Part shown: positions 1-7,927 of the stretch, piece by piece | Layout of the letters: every line of letters starts with the position of its first letter | Position numbering within the stretch: position 1 is the stretch's first letter | Source of the DNA: Actinomycetes bacterium | GTDB lineage: Bacteria > Actinomycetota > Actinomycetes > JAHEKZ01 | Reading direction: 5' to 3' | Assembly (NCBI GenBank): GCA_031364455.1 | Contig: JANLWJ010000542.1 | Span: 1 to 30,062 of the forward strand | DNA: 30,062 bases | Program-made: the position numbers and the translations under genes | Notes under the pieces: model-generated | Told to the model about the DNA's origin: nothing | Seen by the model: the letters and a program-made list of their open reading frames with translations, nothing else | The model's database searches: none

Positions 1-1050
1 CGGAATGTCCTTGCCCGCCTCGGCGGTGAACCGCGCAAACTCGATCGAGTAGTCGTTGAGCAGGTCGCCGTGCTCCTCGGCAACGCTGCCGATCCAAGCA
101 GCGAACATCGTCTGGTAGTGAACGCTGAAGGCTCGCTCCAGCAGCTCGCGGTCTAGCGCGAAGTCGACCTCGTCCACGACCGCACCCGCGTCGCGCAGCG
201 CGAGCGCGGCGTCCCGCGTGTTGGCGGCGACCTCGGGGTCGACCGGCCAGCCAAAGTCAGTGGTGAAGCCGACGCGCAGACCCTCGACGCCATCGAGGAC
301 GGCGGGGATCTCCAGCTTCGGGCGCAGCGACGTGTGGTCGTTCGGGTGCGGGCCGGAGAGGGCGTTCTCCAGCAGCGCGCAGTCGGCGACGGTGCGGGCC
401 AGCGGTCCGTTGTGACAGTAGGTGTCCATGTTGAACGGCAGCTCGACGGGGACGCGGCCGTACGGCGGCTTGAAGCCGACGACGCCGTTGAACGATGCCG
501 GGATGCGGATCGAGCCGCCAATGTCGGAGCCGCTGGCGAGGGTTGCCGTGCCCGCGGCCAGCGCCGCCCCCGATCCGCCGCTGCTGCCGCCCACCGCGTA
601 GTGCAGGTTCCACGGGTTGCGGGTGACGCCGTAGAGCTTGGAGTGGGTGAAACCAGCACAGCTGAACTCTGGCGTGGTGGTGCGCGCGTGGATGATGCCG
701 CCGGCCTCGAGGATGCGCTCACCGATGGGGGTCGTCTCCTCGGCGATGACGTCCTGGAAGGCCAGGGATGCCAACGTTGCCGGCTCACCCTCGATCTCGA
801 CCTCGTCCTTGAGGCCGACCGGCAACCCCTCGAGCGGACGCGCGTCATCGGGGTTGCGCGCGTAGACCGCCTCTGCAGCCTTGGCCTGCTCGAGCGCGCG
901 GTCGTAGTACGTGAAGCAGAACGCGTTGATGTCGGGCTCGACGGCGTCCGCGCGCGCGATTGTCGCCTCCAGCAGCTCGACGGGAGACAGCTCGCGGCTG
1001 CGGAACTTGGCGAGGGCATCGGTGGCGGTGATGTAGTGCAGCTCAGTCAT
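1..1050 (-). CDS. Amidase-signature family enzyme, 3' end runs off the window
   Basis: Not in the ORF track. Reading from ATG 1050 gives MTELHYITATDALAKFRSRELSPVELL, then GLKD, GGSSGGSGAA and GSDIGGSIRIPASFNG, matching the Lys/Ser/Ser amidase signature. Frame stays open to base 1. Confidence 0.93.
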   Translation of the reverse strand, partial: MTELHYITATDALAKFRSRELSPVELLEATIARADAVEPDINAFCFTYYDRALEQAKAAEAVYARNPDDARPLEGLPVGLKDEVEIEGEPATLASLAFQDVIAEETTPIGERILEAGGIIHARTTTPEFSCAGFTHSKLYGVTRNPWNLHYAVGGSSGGSGAALAAGTATLASGSDIGGSIRIPASFNGVVGFKPPYGRVPVELPFNMDTYCHNGPLARTVADCALLENALSGPHPNDHTSLRPKLEIPAVLDGVEGLRVGFTTDFGWPVDPEVAANTRDAALALRDAGAVVDEVDFALDRELLERAFSVHYQTMFAAWIGSVAEEHGDLLNDYSIEFARFTAEAGKDIP

Positions 1051-1081
1051 GGCGTGATCGTGCCACACCGCGCCCCGACAG

Positions 1082-1708
1082 CTAGCTCTGGTTCTTCCAG
1101 TCGCGGAGCATCTGCTTCATCTCGGCGATCTCGGCCGTCTGCGACTCTTCGATCGACTTCGCCAGCGCGATGGCATCCGCAGACTGACCGTTCGCCTGCT
1201 GGTCCTTGGCCATCTTGATGGCGCCCTCGTGGTGCGCGATCATCATCAACACCCACATGCGGTCGAACGCGATGCCGTCGCCCATCATGCCGCTCATCTG
1301 CTGCATCTGGTCGGCGTCCATCATGCCCGGCAAATCGTTGTCGACGTCATCGTCGCCGTGGCCCATCATCATGTGGCTCATGGCGTCCAGGTCGGGGACG
1401 TCCTCATCCCACGCCTGGAGCCACCCGGTCATCTCCTCGATCTCCGGCGCCTGCGCAGCCTTGATGCGCTTGGCCAGATCTTGCAACTCTTGCGTCTCGG
1501 CTCCCTCGATAGCGACGTCGGCCATGATCAGCGCCTGCTGGTGGTGCGGGATCATGTCTTGCGCGAACGAGACGTCGGCGTCGTTGTGGTCGTCGGACGC
1601 CGCATCCGTGCCCATCATCGGACCGGACTCGGGTGCCTCAGACGCACATCCCGCCAGTGCAAGGCAGGCGGCGGCGATGAGCACGGGAATCACGACACGG
1701 GGGCCCAT
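1082..1708 (-). CDS. DUF305 (ferritin-like) lipoprotein with Met/His-rich linker
   Basis: Lipobox LAGC. Two DUF305-type motifs, FAQDMIPHHQQA and MMIAHHEGAIKMA. Met/His-rich middle AMSHMMMGHG. Confidence 0.9.
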   Translation of the reverse strand: MGPRVVIPVLIAAACLALAGCASEAPESGPMMGTDAASDDHNDADVSFAQDMIPHHQQALIMADVAIEGAETQELQDLAKRIKAAQAPEIEEMTGWLQAWDEDVPDLDAMSHMMMGHGDDDVDNDLPGMMDADQMQQMSGMMGDGIAFDRMWVLMMIAHHEGAIKMAKDQQANGQSADAIALAKSIEESQTAEIAEMKQMLRDWKNQS

Positions 1709-1915
1709 ACCTCAAGGGTAAGTCCGGGCGAGAGGCACGGCGCGACAGCCAGGACCGATCAGAGCTCTGCCGGCGCGCCGGCACCGACAATGTCGACGGT
1801 GCACCTCGACCGGGCTAAAGTCACCTCAGCAGGCACCGATAATGGAGGTATAGAGCCTCCGCCCGTTGCAGCTGTGAAGCGCAGCGGGCGGTGTGCCGTC
1901 ATCAAAAAGGCAGCA

Positions 1916-3322
1916 GTGAGCCGACGAGTGAGCGTCCAACGCAGCACGGTGCTGCTGGTGGGTTGTCTGATCACTGCCAGCGCTGCACTGGCGACACCAC
2001 ATGCTCAGGCAACGCCCCGCGCCAAAGGGCCCACTGCCACCCTGCCAAACATCGTCCTCATCATCACCGACGACCAGCGAACGGACACGCTGGACACGAT
2101 GCACGTAGTGCGGCACGAACTCCGCGCCAAGGGCGCCAACTACACCGCGGTCATCCCCACCTCACTCTGCTGCCCGTCGCGCACGGCCATCCTCAGCGGT
2201 AACTACTCGCACACCACCGGCGTCTGGTCCAACCGAGAGGGAACGGGCGGCTGGCCGGTCTTCAACTCCAGCGGGTATGAGGACCGCACCATCGCTGTCG
2301 CGTTGGACGCGGCCGGCTACACCACCGGCTACTACGGCAAGTACCTCAACAACTGGAACCACGCGCCCGAGGGCTACACCCCTCCCGGCTGGGACGAGTT
2401 GATGGCGATGTGGGAGCCGCCGCCGGGTCAAGGCGCCGGCGCGTACTACAACTACGAGCTACGAGGGACCGAGCCGACCGAGCAGTTCGGCGACACCCCC
2501 GACGACTACTCAACTGACGTCATCGCCGACAAGGGTGTCGACTTCCTCAATCGAGTCGGCACCGACCCCTACTTCTTGATGCTCGCCACCACTGGCCCGC
2601 ATGCGATGTACACACCCGCACCGCGGCACGTCGGCAAGTGGGCTCCTGGCAAGCCGTACGACAACAAGGCGCTCAACGAGCGCGACATGAGCGACAAGCC
2701 GCGCCACATGCGACACCTTGAGAAGGTGAACGTCGACCGCATCCATAAGATCGAGCGACGCACCGGTCAGACCCTGCGCAGCGTCGACGAGCTGGTCGGA
2801 CGCGTCTTGAAGCACGTCGACCTGACCAACACCCTCGTCATCTACATGTCCGACAACGGTGTGATGTGGGGTGAGCACCGCCTCAAGGGCAAGAACGTGC
2901 CGTACCGGTGGGCCACCGAGGTGCCGCTCTTCATGCGCTGGGACGGCGTGATCGAACCGGGACGCCCCAGCGGCATCGTCACGAATGCCGACGTTGGGGC
3001 AACCGTGCTGGACGCGGCCGGCGTCCCTGACGCATTTCCCACCGACGGCGACACGGTGTTCAACGGCACCACCGAGATCAGCACGATGGAGGCTAAGGTC
3101 TCGCCGCGACGTCCGTCCTACTGCGGCGCCCGCACCGAGCGGTATCTCTTCATTGAGTACGAATCCGGGCAGCGTGAACTGTATGACTACCAGCGCGACC
3201 CGCTCGAGCTCGAGAATCGATCGAAGTTGCGGCGCTACGCCGACGTGCAGCACGAGCTGAGGCGAGCGGCCAAAGAGCTGTGCAGCCCGCCCCCGGGCTC
3301 GTTCACGTGGGGGCGCAACTGA
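1916..3322 (+). CDS. Secreted Cys-type sulfatase (N-acetylglucosamine-6-sulfatase-like)
   Basis: PNIVLIITDDQR, formylglycine motif SLCCPSRTAILSG, GKYLN, SDNG. Start moved from 1229 to GTG 1916 (AAGG 5 nt upstream), which exposes a signal peptide ending PHAQA. Confidence 0.9.
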   Translation: MSRRVSVQRSTVLLVGCLITASAALATPHAQATPRAKGPTATLPNIVLIITDDQRTDTLDTMHVVRHELRAKGANYTAVIPTSLCCPSRTAILSGNYSHTTGVWSNREGTGGWPVFNSSGYEDRTIAVALDAAGYTTGYYGKYLNNWNHAPEGYTPPGWDELMAMWEPPPGQGAGAYYNYELRGTEPTEQFGDTPDDYSTDVIADKGVDFLNRVGTDPYFLMLATTGPHAMYTPAPRHVGKWAPGKPYDNKALNERDMSDKPRHMRHLEKVNVDRIHKIERRTGQTLRSVDELVGRVLKHVDLTNTLVIYMSDNGVMWGEHRLKGKNVPYRWATEVPLFMRWDGVIEPGRPSGIVTNADVGATVLDAAGVPDAFPTDGDTVFNGTTEISTMEAKVSPRRPSYCGARTERYLFIEYESGQRELYDYQRDPLELENRSKLRRYADVQHELRRAAKELCSPPPGSFTWGRN

Positions 3323-3370
3323 CACCTGATCCTTCGCACCGGCCGCACCACGGCCTAAGCGGCGAGGGCG

Positions 3371-4525
3371 TCAGGCGCCGCGGCTCTTGCGGAACGGGCC
3401 GACGACCTCAAAGGTGAGCCCCTCGTTGTCGATGCCCCGCTGCGAGCTGAAGTAGAGCCGCGTCCCGTCCGGGCTGAACGCCGTGCCGGTGATCGCGCTT
3501 CCGGTGTGGCCGACCAGCTGCAGGAACGGCGCGGACACCCGACGCCGGGTCGCATCGGCGAGCAGGACCAGCTGCAGGTCGACGTCGTCCTCGGCGACCA
3601 GGATGTCGCCGGACCGCTCATGCACCGTGATGCTGGCCGGGTGATGCAGCGGCGCGTCAGCTCCGACCACGTCGGCGTCGTAGATCACCTCGAGCTCACT
3701 GGTTGCCACGTTCATCGCCCACACCCGTTGGTCGGTGGTGGTCGCGAAGAACAGGTGACCGTCGGAGAACCAGGCGACGTCGCTGCGGTGGAAGCCGGTC
3801 GTCGCGTCACTGCGCTCTGGACGCCGCCCCGAGACCTCGACCCAGTCGACGTGACCGCTGCGTCGCACCTTGGCCGCCTCGAGGATGCCGGTCGACAGGT
3901 CGCCGTACTCGTCAGGACGGAAGCGGTAGACGCGTCCGTCGTAGTCGTCCTCGGTCAGGTAGACCCAGCCGGTGCGCGGGTCGACGGCAGCGGCGCCGTG
4001 CGGGAACGCGCCGACTCCGGGGCGGACGGCACCCTGACCCGGCTTCAGCGGGTCGCACTCCCACACCCGGCCCTGCCCGAACCGCTCACACGACAGCCAG
4101 GTGAACCACGGCGTCGCACCGCCGGCGCTGTTGTCTGGAGTGCCGTCGAGGATCCGGTACGCGTCGACGATGCGGCCATCGGCATTGAAGCGGATCGCCC
4201 CGGCGCCGCCTCCGTGACCGGGCAGGTCGGCGTTGCTCGCGTACACCCAGCCGCCGTCCTTGGTGCGGAAGGTCGCGCCACCGGCCGGCTCACCGTGCCA
4301 CGTGTAGTCGGAGCCGGCGACGAGGCGTCCGGTGCGGCCGATCAGCCGAGCGCGGAAGCCGCCCGGCAGGCGGATGCCGTAGATGTCCGGCTGGCCGAGC
4401 GGGCCATACGGCCCCAGGCCGATGAGGGCCGGCGACGCGAGCGCCCCGCGCCAGAAGTCGATGCCGTATGTGAGCGCGGGGGCCGGCCCGCGGTTCGGGG
4501 TCCGGTAGCGGTCCATGGTGGTCAT
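3371..4525 (-). CDS. PhoX/DUF839-family beta-propeller, probably catalytically inactive
   Basis: GPYGPL, GGATPWxTWLSCE, AVDP..VYLTED and ITGTAFSPDGTRLYFSSQRG match actinobacterial DUF839 proteins. Several expected metal ligands are substituted (see findings). Confidence 0.85.
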   Translation of the reverse strand: MTTMDRYRTPNRGPAPALTYGIDFWRGALASPALIGLGPYGPLGQPDIYGIRLPGGFRARLIGRTGRLVAGSDYTWHGEPAGGATFRTKDGGWVYASNADLPGHGGGAGAIRFNADGRIVDAYRILDGTPDNSAGGATPWFTWLSCERFGQGRVWECDPLKPGQGAVRPGVGAFPHGAAAVDPRTGWVYLTEDDYDGRVYRFRPDEYGDLSTGILEAAKVRRSGHVDWVEVSGRRPERSDATTGFHRSDVAWFSDGHLFFATTTDQRVWAMNVATSELEVIYDADVVGADAPLHHPASITVHERSGDILVAEDDVDLQLVLLADATRRRVSAPFLQLVGHTGSAITGTAFSPDGTRLYFSSQRGIDNEGLTFEVVGPFRKSRGA

Positions 4526-4724
4526 GGCACTGAGGGTGTCCGCGCCGGGTTACGGTCCGTCGTCCCCTGGGTGAAACAGCGAGTGAACACTGGTGGACGA
4601 GTTGGCGCGCACCTGGACGGCGGGCGTCGCCTTGAGGCGCGCGCACCGCCCAATCGCCGCCGGTCGCAGGGCGGCGCGGCACAATGGGCGGGAATCGTCG
4701 TCGCACCCGGAGGCTTGAACCAGC

Positions 4725-6161
4725 GTGGAGTTCGTTGCCCTCATCGCCCGGCTGGCCCTTGTGGGCACCTTTGTCATCTCCGCCGTCGCCAAGATCCGGG
4801 ACGCCGATGGCGCACGGCAGGCCGTCCGAGACTTCGGCGTCCCCGCAGGCATCGCTCCGCTGGTGGCCACCTCGCTGGCGCCACTCGAGCTGGCGTCGGC
4901 CGCCCTGCTGCTGACCACCGACCTCGGCGTCACCGCCGGCGCGCTCCTGGCGCTGGGGCTGCTGGCCGCGTTCACCGCCGGCATCGTCACCAACCTGCTG
5001 CGCGGCAACCGGGTCGACTGCCACTGCTTCGGCGCGATGTCGTCCAAGCCGCTCTCGTGGTGGTCGGTGGCACGCAACAGCGCGATGATGCTGCTGGCTG
5101 CTGTGGCGCTCGCAGGGGGAACGACGCAGGGCTGGCCGTGGCAGGTCGTGAGCGAAACCTTCGAGGGACTCTCCACAGCCCAGACGTGGCTCGCCGTGGG
5201 GCTGATCGCGCTGGCGCTGGTCGTCGTCGTGCTCGCCACTCTCTTCTTCGCGCTGCTGCAGCGCTACGGCGCGCTGCTGCTGCGCCTCGAGGCACTGGAG
5301 TCCTCCCCCGCCGGAGCGCACCACGGCCACGGCCACGCGCACGAGTTCGCCCCGTGGGCGGCGCCCGAGATCGCCGCGGTGGACGCGTCCGACGCCGACC
5401 TGACCCTTGACGACATCGCCGCCGACGACCGCGCCAGCCTCTTCGTCTTCGTTGCCCCGTGGTGCGAGGCGTGCGGCGAGCTCGTCGACGACTTCAAGGC
5501 GTGGCAGGCCGACGAGACCGGCCCCAACGTCGTCGTCCTCAGCGGCGGCGAGCGCGACGCGATCACCGCCAAGTTCGGCCCCGACGTTCGCGTGCTCGCC
5601 CACGACGGCGCGCCCGTCGACGACTACCGCGTCGAGTACACGCCGGGCGCTGTCGTGGTGAGCACCGACCGCATGGTGACCGTCACGCCGTCGTACGGCA
5701 CGGACGACGTGCGCCGCCTCTACAGCGCGCTTGCCGGACGCGAGCCGCAAGACCTGGTGATCGGCCCGCCGCCGGTGCGCGAGGGCGACCCGGCCCCGGA
5801 CGTCATGGTCGAGGTCGACGGTGAGCGGATGCCGATCGCCGCGGCAGCCGGCGACGACGCCGTCCTCCTCTTCTGGGACACCACCTGCGGGTTCTGCCAG
5901 CAGATCGAGGCTGACGTTCTGCGTCGGCAGGAGAGCGTGCCGCTGGTCCTGGTGCTGCGCGGCGACTCCGAGACGAGCGTCCGCGAGGCCGGGTTCACGA
6001 TGCCGGTGGCGCTCGACCCGACGTTCGGCGTCGGCGGGGCACTGCAGGCTCCCGGGACGCCGACCGCCGTCCGGCTGCGCGACGGCGAGATCGCGTCGAC
6101 GGTGGCTGTGGGCGGGCCAGAGGTGCTGAACCTGCTGGCGTCCGTCCGCGTCATGGGCTGA
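4725..6161 (+). CDS. MauE/DoxX membrane domain fused to two thioredoxin-like (TlpA/MauD-like) domains
   Basis: N-terminal helices with F..SAVAK and DCHCFG (MauE-type), His-rich linker HHGHGHAH, then PWCEAC and TTCGFC CxxC motifs, the second preceded by GDPAPD and followed by PGTP. GGAGG upstream of GTG 4725. Confidence 0.85.
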   Translation: MEFVALIARLALVGTFVISAVAKIRDADGARQAVRDFGVPAGIAPLVATSLAPLELASAALLLTTDLGVTAGALLALGLLAAFTAGIVTNLLRGNRVDCHCFGAMSSKPLSWWSVARNSAMMLLAAVALAGGTTQGWPWQVVSETFEGLSTAQTWLAVGLIALALVVVVLATLFFALLQRYGALLLRLEALESSPAGAHHGHGHAHEFAPWAAPEIAAVDASDADLTLDDIAADDRASLFVFVAPWCEACGELVDDFKAWQADETGPNVVVLSGGERDAITAKFGPDVRVLAHDGAPVDDYRVEYTPGAVVVSTDRMVTVTPSYGTDDVRRLYSALAGREPQDLVIGPPPVREGDPAPDVMVEVDGERMPIAAAAGDDAVLLFWDTTCGFCQQIEADVLRRQESVPLVLVLRGDSETSVREAGFTMPVALDPTFGVGGALQAPGTPTAVRLRDGEIASTVAVGGPEVLNLLASVRVMG

Positions 6162-6282
6162 CGCCCACCCTCGCAACGTGTTAGCTGCCTGGGGCTATAC
6201 CCCCAGCGAACGCACACGGTCCTGTCGATCTAGCGCGTGTCGGCGCTGTGCTCCCCTCTGACCCACCGGTCAGGATGAGCAG

Positions 6283-6582
6283 ATGACCGATGAGTGGGAG
6301 GTGCGGCTCACGCTGGCTGTCGAGCCGCCACCGGACGAGGGAACCGTTCACCGGATCGGGACGACGAAGCCGGTGCCGTGGTCGGGCGTTGGCCTGGCTG
6401 AGGGCGTCCAGGGGATCACCCGTCTCGCGCTCAACTTCGTCTCGACGCCGGCCACGCCCGCCCAGGCAGTGGCGCAAGCCTTCGCCAGCGTCGACAGCGC
6501 CCTCGACCAGCACGGCATCGGTCTCGAACGAGTGATCGACGTCGCTGTGGTGTCGGCGACCCGCGACGAGCGGGATTGGTAG
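6283..6582 (+). CDS. Hypothetical protein, 99 aa
   Basis: ATG preceded by AGGA/GAG, GC-rich third positions, mixed strand/helix pattern. No family recognised. Confidence 0.6.
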   Translation: MTDEWEVRLTLAVEPPPDEGTVHRIGTTKPVPWSGVGLAEGVQGITRLALNFVSTPATPAQAVAQAFASVDSALDQHGIGLERVIDVAVVSATRDERDW

Positions 6583-6736
6583 GCGGCCGGATGCCCTGCT
6601 GCGGCGTCCGTTAGCCCGAACGAGTGAGCCACCTCAGTTGATCTTCACCCGAATGGCGGTACGGCGATCCTTGGCGATCCCTCGGCGAAACGTTCCTCTG
6701 CTCAAGCCCGATAGCCCAATTGCCGAAGTTCTCTTC

Positions 6737-7372
6737 GTGGGGCACTGGCTCGACGCTCTGGCCAAGGCGTCGACCGGTCACCGAGCACGTCATCGCACAG
6801 GTGGCTCGGGGACTGAATCACCGCCTGAGTCCGGGCGTCCCGTAGAGATCTCCCCTGCGCCGAAAGCGCAGGGCCTGACTCGTCGCGCCCTGCTCCGCCG
6901 CGGTGCCGTGGTCGGCGCCGTGGTCTGGACGACACCGATCCTTCAGACGGCGCTCGCCCCAGCGGCGTCTGCCAGCCACTGCACCAGCAGCTGCCCCCTC
7001 GGCTCACCCTGCTCCCCGCTCATCTCGTGTCAGGCCGGACTCGTCTGCACCGGCGGGTTCTGCCTGGTGGCCACCGGCAGCGGAGGCTGCACCACGAACG
7101 CCGACTGCGCCAGTGGCGCCTGCTCGGGTGGCACGTGCCTGTCCTGGCCAGGCGCCACCTGTACCGCCAACAGCCAGTGCGCATCCAACAAGTGCGCCGG
7201 AGGCCAGTGCTTCGCCAACGGTCTCAACGGCGCCTGCCGAACGACGACTGACTGCACCGACAACACCACCTGCAGCGCCACCACCCAGACCTGCGGCGGG
7301 GTGGGAGCCGCCTGCGCCAACAACAACAAGTGCACGACCAACAAATGTCAGGGGGGCATCTGCGTTCCGTAG
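6737..7372 (+). CDS. Twin-arginine Cys-repeat precursor A (22 Cys in mature part)
   Basis: Start placed at GTG 6737 because MGHWLDALAK aligns with MSSWLDRWAR of the next gene and GAAGTT lies 6 nt upstream. Contains TRRALL, WTTPILQT, APAASA-S, then five 4-Cys modules. Confidence 0.85.
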   Translation: MGHWLDALAKASTGHRARHRTGGSGTESPPESGRPVEISPAPKAQGLTRRALLRRGAVVGAVVWTTPILQTALAPAASASHCTSSCPLGSPCSPLISCQAGLVCTGGFCLVATGSGGCTTNADCASGACSGGTCLSWPGATCTANSQCASNKCAGGQCFANGLNGACRTTTDCTDNTTCSATTQTCGGVGAACANNNKCTTNKCQGGICVP

Positions 7373-7494
7373 GCGGCCACACAGAGTGACCCACCCCACA
7401 GACAGACGGGTCGTATCGGCTCGACGGCTCGCGCGAAGTGCCCCTTTTCCCCTAGAGTGTGCCCGTCGGCAGTCGCACCTCCCGGGGGTAGCTC

Positions 7495-7881
7495 ATGAGC
7501 AGTTGGCTCGATCGTTGGGCCAGGCGCGCCGCCGAGGCGACGCCTAGTGCTGCTCAGGACGCCGTGGCGCCTTCGCGCCCCGCCCCCGCTGCATCCCGTC
7601 GTGACTTTCTGAAGAAGGCCGGCATTGTCGGCGGCGTCGCCTGGTCGGTACCTGTGCTCCAGACCGTGATGGCCCCGGCGGCGAGTGCGTCGTACGGCAC
7701 AGCGTTGGGTGGCACCTGTACGGGGACCGGCGCATGCAACAACGGACTAGCTAGCTGCTTCAATAATTCCTGCGGATCCGCTGGTGCACCCGTCCCGGGA
7801 GGCTGCCCAAGTGGGGGGCTCTCGGCGACGGGATGCCTTTCGGGCAAGTGCAACAACGGCACTAACCTCTGCAAGCCATAA
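7495..7881 (+). CDS. Twin-arginine Cys-repeat precursor B (8 Cys in mature part)
   Basis: MSSWLDRWAR, SRRDFLKK (strong Tat motif), WSVPVLQT, APAASA-S, two 4-Cys modules. GGGGG upstream of the ATG and TAGAGT at 7453-7458. Confidence 0.88.
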   Translation: MSSWLDRWARRAAEATPSAAQDAVAPSRPAPAASRRDFLKKAGIVGGVAWSVPVLQTVMAPAASASYGTALGGTCTGTGACNNGLASCFNNSCGSAGAPVPGGCPSGGLSATGCLSGKCNNGTNLCKP

Positions 7882-7894
7882 CATCTGAGGGTGG

Positions 7895-7927
7895 ATGTTT
7901 GAGGCCGTGCAAACTGGGACCAAATGA
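7895..7927 (+). other. 10-codon mini-ORF (MFEAVQTGTK*) in frame with and abutting the kinase-RRE ORF
   Basis: GAGG at 7887-7890, ATG 7895, TGA 7925-7927, then TTG 7928 in the same frame. Confidence 0.5.

Noticed and set aside
153-1218. ORF-track entries 153..1019 and 334..1218
   Set aside because: Alternative-frame and antisense shadows of the amidase, which occupies 1-1050 on the minus strand with a clear signature.
1229-1915. 229-aa N-terminal extension of the sulfatase ORF
   Set aside because: Antisense to the DUF305 gene and low-complexity in translation; the signal peptide begins at 1916.
3506-6176. Very long ORFs 3506..5410 (+) and 4290..6176 (-)
   Set aside because: Antisense to well-supported genes, Arg/Gly/Ala-rich, no motifs; expected in high-GC DNA. 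The same applies to 15797..17098, 20235..21497 and 26438..27586.
6189-6206. CTGGGG-ctatac-CCCCAG hairpin as a CsoR/RicR copper operator
   Set aside because: G and C tracts are in the opposite order to the TACCCC..GGGTA type site and the stem is only 6 bp; at most a weak terminator.
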